NCBI RefSeq assembly: GCF_018977255.1
Contig: NW_024704759.1
Location: 7,316,001 to 7,380,000, forward strand
DNA length: 64,000 nucleotides
DNA from: Callorhinchus milii
Lineage: Eukaryota
Reading direction: 5' to 3'
A program made the position numbers and the translations under genes. A model generated the notes under the pieces. It was not told the DNA's origin, did no database searches, and saw nothing but the letters and a program-made list of their open reading frames with translations. Each line of letters begins with the position of its first letter. Within the stretch, counting starts at the first letter, position 1. Of this stretch, positions 23,536 to 32,976 are shown in pieces.

Positions 23536-24864
23536 ACTTGTCTTGATCTCTGAATCCTATTCAAAGCATTGGTTTCCTGAACTTAGAGTGAACAAAACTG
23601 CACATTATTCTCTAAATGTGGTGTCTCTTCATGAAGCTGTGCAGTGTAATAATGCAATGTTCGTAATGAAGCTGAAATAACTACTTACAATTTACAGTAA
23701 GGATGGAAGCACGTACTTGATTAACGGTATTGACAGCAGCTTGGAAACCTGCATCGAATGATCAATAATCACACCCAGATCCTTTTGTCTTCACATCTGC
23801 AACTTTTCCTCCTCCATGGCTTAAACTAAACAGGCATCTTTCTTCTGCCTTTTGCTGATTTTAACTGATCTAACTTTAAGATTTGAACTGAGGGTTAGGA
23901 ACGCTAACAGTGTTGAACTTGGCTATTCCCCTAGACCTCCCTGCTTACAGACATCTATCTATCTTACAGACATATATCTGTGTTGCTTAAGTTTACAGGC
24001 AATTGATTGTATCTTGCTGAGTGATCATCAGTGCGCTTCAAGTCAAATGTCATTACAGCTTATTGTACCTACCATTCCACAACCCTGTGCCTTATATTAT
24101 ACTACTGAACTATGTAATACATCGATACTATTGAGGGATTAGTGTCAATGCTGAAGGTCCATATTTTTTGCTTAGTTTACTGCAGTCTGTTTCTTGTGTC
24201 TAACATCCTGTGTTCTGTCTCCTTTTCTATGATTATTCTAATACAAGACCCAGCAGGAAGCTCTGCAGAAACTTAGCTTTTATTACTTTAATAATGAATA
24301 ATTCTTACATTTGATATAGAGCTTTTTGTAGCAGAAGGAAGTCTCGAAGCGATTTACAGTGTAGTAACTCCATATTATTGCCACAATAAATTCATCCCGA
24401 AATGACTTGGTTTTGCAGGTAGCACAAGCAAGATGAAATTTGCGAGTGGTGAAGCAAGGGAGAAAATGTATTTTCAAGTGCAATGATATTTGAGCTGAAG
24501 GACCATCCCATCATGAGCATGTGACCAAGCAACGGACTATAAATGCAATTGCATTATTATCAATTGTGGTTTACTGATCTGTGTGTTAATAAAACCCACA
24601 GCCTTTTAATTCAGGAATGCTGTGAATAAGGAGCTGTTTGTTGTTTATGAATCAAATTTGTAGTGTTGGCATTCAGTATCTATGCAATCCAGATGCTGAT
24701 ATCGTGAAAATCGGTGGGTGTTTTTACCACCGAAAAGGTAATTCAGTATATGGAGAGGTGGAGTCTTTTTAAATGACCTAGATATTGCCTCTGTCAGCAT
24801 GGCCTAGATGTTGCTACTGTCAGTCGGCTCAGTTGATAGCGCTCTCATCTCTGGTTCTGAAAGT

Positions 24865-25550
24865 AATAATAATCCGTGCATATAGCGCCTTATCATGTTG
24901 TTCGGACGTCTCAAAGCGCTTCACAGGGCATCCTGTAAAGTGAATTGACTGTATATTTTATGGGTGAAACTTAGCAGCCACTTGCGTACAGCAGTGTTCC
25001 ACAAACCGGCGTGGATTGAGTAACCAAGTTATTCGTATTATTTTTCAAAAAAGGGATTATTGACATGTTTTCTAAATAATAATAATCCTTGCTTTTGATA
25101 CATCTTGTTTGAGACGTCTCTCTGCTAATATTATTAATGGAGTCCTGTAGCTCAGTGGTTAAAGCACTCGCTTTGCAAGCGAGAGACCTGAGTTCAATTC
25201 CAGGCAGGGCGAAACCTTGGGCAAGTTTCCTTACTCCACACGCCTAATAATAATCCCTCCAAAAAAACAATAATAAATTGGTCATTTTCAATCTACGACT
25301 GTTTGTGGGACATTGCTGTGCGCAATTGGCTGCCGCGTTCGCCCACAAATATACAGTCAATTCACTTTACAGTGTGTTCTGTAAAGCGCTTTGGGACGTC
25401 CTCCCGACGTGAAAAGCGCTATATCAAATGCAAGGATTATTATTATATTATTATTATTATTACCCCAGAAAGTGATCAGCCAATCAATTACTAGGTTCCT
25501 ACTTACTGCTGGGTAAACAGAGGTGTGAGGAGTAAGGAAACTTGCCTAAG
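24865..25550 (-). mobile_element. Older SINE split by a younger insertion (pieces about 24865-25061 and 25462-25550)
   Basis: ...gggattatt| and |accccagaaagtgatc... rejoin to the sequence seen uninterrupted near 8830, 42835 and 45815. Confidence 0.8.
25139..25461 (+). mobile_element. Young full-length tRNA(Ala-like)-Deu-L2 SINE (SINE2-1_CM/EshSINE-like)
   Basis: GGAGTCCTGTAGCTCAGTGGTTAAAGC (A box), TTTGCAA anticodon-like loop, GAGTTCAATTCC (B box), CpG-retaining body, L2-type tail and (ATT)n. Confidence 0.9.
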
Positions 25551-26464
25551 TTGTGGATTTATACACCACAGCAAGGCTAGAGTTGATACTCGAGGCTGAC
25601 ACTGCAATGCAGTACTGAAGGAGCGCTTTATGGCAACTTGCTGCATGCACTTTGGCTGCAGTGTTTGCTAAAAAAGAGTGGCCACACCTAACCACAAAGC
25701 GCTTTGAAACCGTGAAACAGAAGGCGCTATAGAAACACAAGTTCTTCCTTTCTGTATTTCCACTGAACTAATTCATGCCAACGATTTCACCTGAAGAGAA
25801 GGGGACAAATTAATTTACACTCTGCTTTCCTCTGCCCCCTTCCCTTGAGCTTTTTGGTCAGAAAGACATGTTTTCTAAATAATAATAATCCTTGCTTTTG
25901 GTACATCTTGTTTGAGACGTCTCTCTGCTAATATTATTAATCTTAGGTCTGCCAGCAAATGGGAGTTATATTGTCTTTTTAAGACGGTTCAAAATGTCAC
26001 TGCCAAAGGTAAGTGAATCATGACAGAACTGCAGCATGTACCTTGCGTTGAAGAATGACAGCAGTTTCAACATTTCAATAATCCCTGTGATCAGTATGAC
26101 TAAGAAAAATTAATTTGTGCAATGCTCTGATACTCTGGCTAAATTAGCTACTGTAATTAATTAGACGCATGTTGATGTTAGGTGCTTGTCGTTGCCATTT
26201 GCAGTATTGAGGGGTGCTAATTGTTGAGGCCTGTATAATAACAGTTGAGATACAGTAGCAATGGAGCACAGGTTGGATGGCTTATGGCACACACACAGAC
26301 CAAAGTCAGCAAGCCGTCTGACTACTCACCCACCTTTACAGTACCCTGTCTATAGATGCCTTTTACACTGTTTTCCAAACTAAGAGGTAAGTCTGCATTA
26401 TGTCAGCACTGATCACAACATCACAAGATCACAAGCTTGGTTTGGATGAAGAACGCAGTCTTCT

Positions 26465-26631
26465 GGAGTCCTGTAGCATATTGGTTAGAGTACTCGCCTT
26501 GCAAGCAAGAGGACCTGGGTTTGCTTCCCAGACAAGTAAGAACTTGCCTAAGGTTTCATCCTGCCTGGAAATCGAACCCAGGTCCTCTTGCTTGTGAGGC
26601 GAGCCCACTAATCAGTACATTGTAGGATTCC
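26465..26631. mobile_element. Two convergent tRNA-derived SINE heads
   Basis: A + strand head at 26465-26533 is directly followed by a - strand head at 26534-26631. Confidence 0.8.
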
Positions 26632-26759
26632 TAAATTCTGGAGATGTTTCTAAAATTCAGATTGCAAATATCTTGATGTTCTTTATTTCTTAAACCAAAG
26701 AGAGCAACTCTCAAAAATACAAATGAACCAAGAACGTTTTTTGTTTAGATTTCTCCCCT

Positions 26760-27005
26760 TCCTTACATTCATATCCCTCCATAATCTCTGAGACCTGCAA
26801 CTCTACCACCCCAGCTGCTCCCCTCTGCTCAGCGAACACTGGCATGTTTCATAGTCTGATCCCCTCCAACTCTGGTAGGTGAGCTTTCAGTCATTCTGTG
26901 CCTGGCTTTCTGGAACTCCATCCAGCAGTTTCTCTGCCTCATTCCCTCTCTTCCTCCCCACTTTTGAAGCCTGTCTTAAAAACTACCTCTTTGTCCTTTT
27001 GATCA
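26760..27005 (+). mobile_element. Degraded L2 3' fragment
   Basis: ggtaggtgagctttcagtcat...tctggaactc...cttaaaaactacctcttt motifs (remnants of GGRAFS, LWNS and LKTxLF). Confidence 0.65.
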
Positions 27006-27789
27006 TTTTTTACATCCCCACTCTATTTGCGAAGAGTTTCACAAAGTCCAGGTAACACAATGCTGCATTAAATTTCAGTACATTGGAATACAATTCTCTC
27101 TTTCCAACCGAGTGGATTTGAAGAATACATTGCATGTCATCTGTAGCACTCTGCTTCAATATGCGATTAAAATCAGAATCTTATTATCTTTTAATTGGTA
27201 TTTAATGAAAGATTCTTGGAATTTCATTGGTTTTCATGGCCTCTGTACCAGTACTCCTCCCCCGGAGATCAATAGCTGTAGCTGGCTCATGTTATTGCAC
27301 TGCGTTTTGGCACAAACCTATACTGGAAGAGCTAACTTTCGACAAACTGGTAATAAATATGCTATTTCCTGGACTCGCTTGCAGTCATCTGCAGCGCTGT
27401 ACAAATAATTAGAACCCATTGTAGACTCTGTTGTTGGGAGGAAATGGATTCAGACGTCAATTCTCTTGAAGGATAGAGTGATAGAGTGCTCTGCTGTTCA
27501 GAGCAAACAGATTCTCTCTTTTTGAGGAAAAAAAATCACAAAACACACTGACGCATCACAATTTCAGAGATGCGTTTTGGGAGGAAATTGCATTCCATGA
27601 TTGCCAATTTTTTTCTTCTAAGAGGCAAAGCTTTGAAAGAAGAATTTAATGAGGTGCTCTGAAGTAAGTGTGTTCAACTATGTATGTGTGTCTATTATAT
27701 ATATATATAATATATGTATATATAAAATATATATATATCCTATTCTGATGGCAATGACTCCTCATGTGCTATGTTTCCCTGGGTCCTGG

Positions 27790-28115
27790 CTGTTTCGCTC
27801 CAGTATCCTCTAAGTGGCCATTCTTCACTTGTGAGCTAGATCGTGAGAATTGACAGGTAACGTAATTGTGGAGGAGCATTACAGCCAAGACTGAATTACC
27901 TGACCTCCACACAGACACACACACTTTACAGAAAGGATCATTGATTTTGATCAGGAGATGGATCTTGGCTAATTTCCTTCCCACATCAAAAAATCCAGAG
28001 TTCAGAGGCCAAATGTGCCATATTTATCATGCTCCCATCTGGAATACGCTAACTGTGCACAAGACAAAAGGATCAGAGCTGAGACCCTCATGTTCTCTGT
28101 GGCTCGGTACCAAGC
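27790..28115 (-). mobile_element. AmnSINE2-like ancient SINE, near full length
   Basis: aagtggccattcttca..gtgagc, acagccaag, gatcaggag, tggctaattt, gaggccaa and tggctcggtacca occur in the expected reverse order. Confidence 0.6.
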
Positions 28116-28677
28116 TACGCAATCGATTTAGTCACTTGTCAAAGTGATCAAAGTCCCTCAGCCATGACCTGCCCATTCCCAAACACAACCTTAAACTGAA
28201 AGATATTGAGTTTAACATTCCTGTAAGTGCAACTCTAGACATTAGCAATATTTGGGAGTGACTTCATAGCAGTTGGTAATGTAGCATTGTCCTGGGATCT
28301 GCAGTGTGGGCAACATGGGGTTAATGCTAAACTCTTGGAGCTGGTTTATTGTTTTATTGAAATCATCCCATTCCTAAATCATTCCAAACATAAATCTGCT
28401 GGGTTGGTTGATTCTAACTTCATAAAACTGACAGGAAGATTATTTGACGAGGCCTGCAGCGCTGCATCTCCAATTGTGGGTGACAGGATTGACATATTAT
28501 CTTATTACAAGATGTAGTATTGTCACACAATGTGTAACACCAGGCAAATCTATGCTGCGCTTTCTGTTCATTCTTCTTTAGTGCTTTGCTTGTGTCTTTT
28601 ACTCAAACTTATCTCGATGTAACAACACTATCAATGTCAAGCTGTACGGTTTTAGTTGGTGAGGCTTCAGCAGTTAC

Positions 28678-28918
28678 CCCAATGCACACTCTGGGGTCCC
28701 CAAGCCTTGGCTCTTGCCAATCTGCGCCTAATACTTTCCAGAATTAGGTAAGCTGGATGTGTCCTGCCAAGGAAAGAGTGCGCATTCCATTCCAACAATC
28801 TATCTCTGGGATTTTCATGTGTAGGTAGGATGCATGGAAATCTCAGTTTGGTTTGGATACTCTTAAGCAAGGTGATGGGTTTCCGCATGTGTCAGACACC
28901 CGGTTGACCAAAAAAAAA
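28678..28918 (+). repeat. Unidentified poly(A)-tailed interspersed repeat, copy 2
   Basis: About 230 bp homologous to the reverse complement of 53437-53677; ends gtgtcagacacccggttgacc-A9. Confidence 0.8.
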
Positions 28919-28924
28919 TGATCT

Positions 28925-29270
28925 AAATGGAACTCGTAAGTGGATGCAGATAGAACAGTAATTTGTGATAAACCAGATATCATTATAAACTGCTAGATTG
29001 TACAAACAGTATCAATGACGTGGTCATTCCAAGTGATTGCAACGTACAAAGTAAGGAATTAGAGAAGATTGGGAAGTATGTTGACCTACAAATTGAATGT
29101 GGACACATGTGGTTCTACAGGATGAGCCTAGTTCCTATCATCATTGGTGCAACTGGGACTATTGATCGGACAATTCAGAAATGGTTTGACAAGATATCTG
29201 GAGCACAAAATGTCCACCTCCTGCAGAAAGTAGTTTTGAGAGTTCAAATATACCAAGTATCATCCATTCA
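28925..29270 (+). mobile_element. Relic of an R4/Dong-clade non-LTR retrotransposon, restriction-like endonuclease domain
   Basis: DRTVICDKPDIII...DVVIPSDCNVQSKELEKIGKYVDL...W...VPIIIGATGTI...LQK matches the PD..D..KxxKY RLE signature; the frame is interrupted. Confidence 0.8.
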
Positions 29271-29309
29271 AGTGTAACTTGGCAGTGTTTTTGGTCTGGC
29301 TGACCTTTT

Positions 29310-29647
29310 GGAGTGCTGTAGCTCAGTGGTTAGTGATTCCTGGTAAGGCAAAATGTTGGACAATTTCCTTTACTCCACACGCCTCTGGTTACCGAGCAAT
29401 AAGTAGAAACCTGGTTGTTAATCGTTTGTCAGATCGTTTGTCCGGGGATAATTTCTTCCAAAAATAATAATAATTATAAATTGGTCACTTCAATCCACTA
29501 CTGTTTGTAAGACACTGCTGTGCACACTGGCTGCTATGTTTCGCCCACAAAATATAGTCAATTCACTTTACACTATATTCTGTGAAGCACTCTGAGATGT
29601 CTTGAAGACATGATAAGGCGCTATATCAAATGCAAGAATTATTATTA
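29310..29647 (+). mobile_element. tRNA-Deu-L2 SINE, older subfamily
   Basis: Head ggagtgctgtagctcagtggttag, body and tail. Confidence 0.8.
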
Positions 29648-30136
29648 ACACTGAAAACCACCTAGAAACTATGCAGGGATCTAAACTGCGTGTTACAATA
29701 ATAATAATTTTTGCATTTGATATAGCTCATTTCATTTTAGGAGAACATCTTATATCGCTTCACAGGATTTACTATAAAATGTAGTGACTTTGTATTTGTA
29801 TTTTATAGATCTTCACAAGATCATGAGATTTAGAGTTGTAAAGGATAATTTGAAGATACCAAGATTTTTTTTGAAGATTTTTTGCTTTACCTATATAATG
29901 ATTAGAACATGTTGCAGGCTTGTGTGGTTGAGGCCAGGACAGTGAACTCTTTTGTTTAAAAAAAAACACAGCTTGATGCTGTGATGGGAGGATGGTAGAG
30001 TGAGTATTCAGAAGAATGAAATTGGATGGTCTGAAGGACCTTCTTCATCCAAATCAACCTCAAGTTATGTGGAATCCCAGAAAGGCTTGTCTCCAGGATC
30101 ATAACTTACATCCGTTCCATTTAAAGGGAATTCTGT

Positions 30137-30416
30137 GGAGTTCTTTGCAAGCGAGACACCTGGGTTCAATTCCAGTCAGGGCGAAACCTTGGGCAAGTTT
30201 CCTTACTAATAATAATCCCTCCAAAACCAAAATCAATAATAAATTGGTCATTTTCAATCTACGGCTGTTTGTGGGACATTGCTGTGCGCAATTGGCTGCC
30301 GCGTTCGCCCACAAATATACAGTCAATTCACTTTACAGTGTGTTCTGTGAAGCGCTTTGGGACGTCCTCCTGACGTGAAAAGCGCTATATCAAATGCAAG
30401 GATTATTATTATTATT
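30137..30416 (+). mobile_element. Young tRNA-Deu-L2 SINE with a deletion in the head
   Basis: Body and tail nearly identical to 25139-25461. Confidence 0.85.
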
Positions 30417-30639
30417 TCTCTTCCAGTACTGATTGAGTTCCACTGGAACTGGATCCACGGATGTTTCCAGTTAGATACGTTAACTGTTGTGTTCCCAAAA
30501 GATCACCATTGGTATTTTCCAACGAAGATTGATCTGAACAAGGTCATTTGTCCCCTTTCGCCCCTCCTCTCAATGGGCCAAATAGCCTTCATCTTTGCTG
30601 TAAGATTTTTATGATTCCCTCCGTTTTTGGTGACTTCTT

Positions 30640-31260
30640 CCAGGTGGGGTATGGTTCCACAGGAGTTTGCCAAGTGGCCACTTATTTATTTATTTATATT
30701 ATTATTTCATTATTCACATGTAAGCCCTAAACACTGAGTGATTTATGGGCTGTGATCATAAGGGGGTCACAGCCAAGCCCAATCTAGAGGTGTATGTGTG
30801 TCTAGACTTGCACTATTTATCTTAGCATTTCTGTGGGTGCAGAATTTAGCGATTCTTAACTATATTCTTAAAAAAAGTCAATCAATGTAGTTAACAATCC
30901 TACATCCAATGAAGTGCTAAGAAAATAGTATAATAACAATTCTTACATTCGACGTAGCATTTTCAAGAGGATGCTCCTAGCTCTTGACAGGATTTACTGT
31001 AAATGTAGTGACTGTTTTGTAGGTGAATAAGAAGACCAAGGTGGAATTTCTCTGCCACCCTCTCCAATTCTTACCCCACCAATCCAAATACACACATACA
31101 GCTACCAGCGTCCCAAGGGGACTGTATGGTTTTTCTTCCCCCATCACCCAACTTTGTAATCTGAGGCAGAGAAACAATTTCAAGGCTTGTACCACTGCCC
31201 CAGATGAGATCTGCTGTACACAGACCAGAAGTTGAACCGGGGATGATCCAAAGTACACCA
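30640..31260 (-). mobile_element. AmnSINE2-like fragments (about 30640-30790 and 31040-31260)
   Basis: ggggtatggttccac, aagtggcca, tcacagccaagcccaatc and gagatctgct..cacagacc motifs shared with 27790-28115. Confidence 0.45.
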
Positions 31261-32745
31261 CAGATATTCTGGGGAATCCATAAAACATCTATAATTGGGT
31301 AAACCATTTTGAAGCACTGCTGCGAAAGTTCACATCACTTGCACTATACATCAGTGTTATTTTTTAATGAAGCTTTCATTTCATCCATAGACTAAGTAAA
31401 TTTAGGCGAAGAGCTCCACTGAAGTGGCTGATCATCGTTCTTAATTGGAATGTGGCAATAAGTAGCAGTGAGAAACAAACTACTGTTAAAATAAACGTAG
31501 GGTAATTGGTACCTGGTGATGTTTTAGATCTTTTATCAAATGTCTTTCACTTGTACAGTGGAGTAATCCTCGCTTTCGCTTGTTTCTTTCATTAATGTCA
31601 TTGCTACAATAGTACATTCAAGAGAGAACTAGATTCAGTGTCAAACATTGCCATGCAATACAGACCAATTGATGAATACCCTCCATACAAAAATCTTTAT
31701 TTAAAAGGAAAATTTTCTCAAATATAGATTTAATCTTCCTGTATTTAAAGGCTATGTTGGAACACTTTTAGTTCTGCTTTGTAGCTGTGTTTCTTAGCCA
31801 GTGTTGACGCTGTTTCTATGTTGAATTAAGTTCTTCAAATAAAGCCTTTCTTTATTGCATTGGGTGAAAAACTGATAGCTGTGTAGCTTTGCGTGATTGG
31901 GATTTACAGGATCAGATGTTGTTCTGAGCACAGTAACTAAAATAAATTAGGTTTAATCACTTGCTATTCTTCTAATATACACCAAAGCTCCATAGAAAAG
32001 ACTGCATACAGGACATCAATAGGAACTGATTAATATAATTCATATTAACATAACTATATATAAATTATTTTCACTTCAGGGCTGTTTGTGGGACATTGCT
32101 GTGCTGTGTACAGCTACAAAGTACACGGTCACTGTACTTTACAGTGGATTCTGTGAATTGCTTTGAGATGTCTTTCTGGTGTGATAGATGGTACAGCCAA
32201 TACAAGGTTTATTTTTGATGATAATAATAAAATAACTGCACATGGAACAACGTGGGTAAATTAATTAGTAACCGCTTTTAATTTTATTTCTCTTTCATGA
32301 AGCATGCAGAGAGACCATAATTCTTATTCGTCTTTAATAACCAATTCAAATTAAATGTTAAATTGTATCTATTTTACATATCTTTCTAAGATCTCCATTC
32401 ACACATACAACCCGCACAGATTGTTTTTCAACATCTTTTTGAAGGACGCATAAAACAAAAGGAGGCTAATAATGAATGTTATAATATCCCTTGTTAGCAA
32501 AAATGAACATATTTCAACAACAACTTGCATTTATATAGTGCTTTCACTTGGGCAGCATGAATATATTTCAGATATGACTAATATTTGGTGTATTGTCGCA
32601 TTAGTTAATATTCTAATGGTGCTCTCATAAGAGCAAATAAGAAATTAATCCAATTCTGTTGTCCTGTAATTAGAAGATGGTGGAAGATCTTTAACTGAAA
32701 AGTTTGGAACTTCAATAACATGATGATAGTAACCCTTGCATTTGA

Positions 32746-32976
32746 TAATAATAATAATCCTTGCATTTGATACAGCACCTTATCACTTCTTCTAGACGTC
32801 TCAAAGCGCTTCACAGAATATACTGTACAGTGAATTGACTGTATATTTTGTGGGCGAAACGCGGCAGCCAATTGCGCACAGCAGAGATCCACAAACAAAA
32901 TCGTAATAATAATCCCTCCAAAAACAAAAAACAATAGTAAATTGGTCATTTTCAATCTACGACTGTTTGTGGGACA
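32746..32976 (-). mobile_element. 5'-inverted SINE copy
   Basis: 3' half on the minus strand (32746 to about 32900) joined to the adjacent upstream segment in + orientation (32904-32976). Confidence 0.8.

Noticed and set aside
25139-25210. tRNA-Ala-like sequence (also at 7663, 26465, 29310, 47500 and 59290)
   Set aside because: These are SINE heads, most attached to SINE bodies and lacking a proper acceptor stem, so they are not tRNA genes.
28667-28888. Similar ORFs at 28667-28888 (-) and 53487-53681 (+) suggesting a small gene family
   Set aside because: They are antisense translations of the same interspersed repeat, with differing starts and frames.
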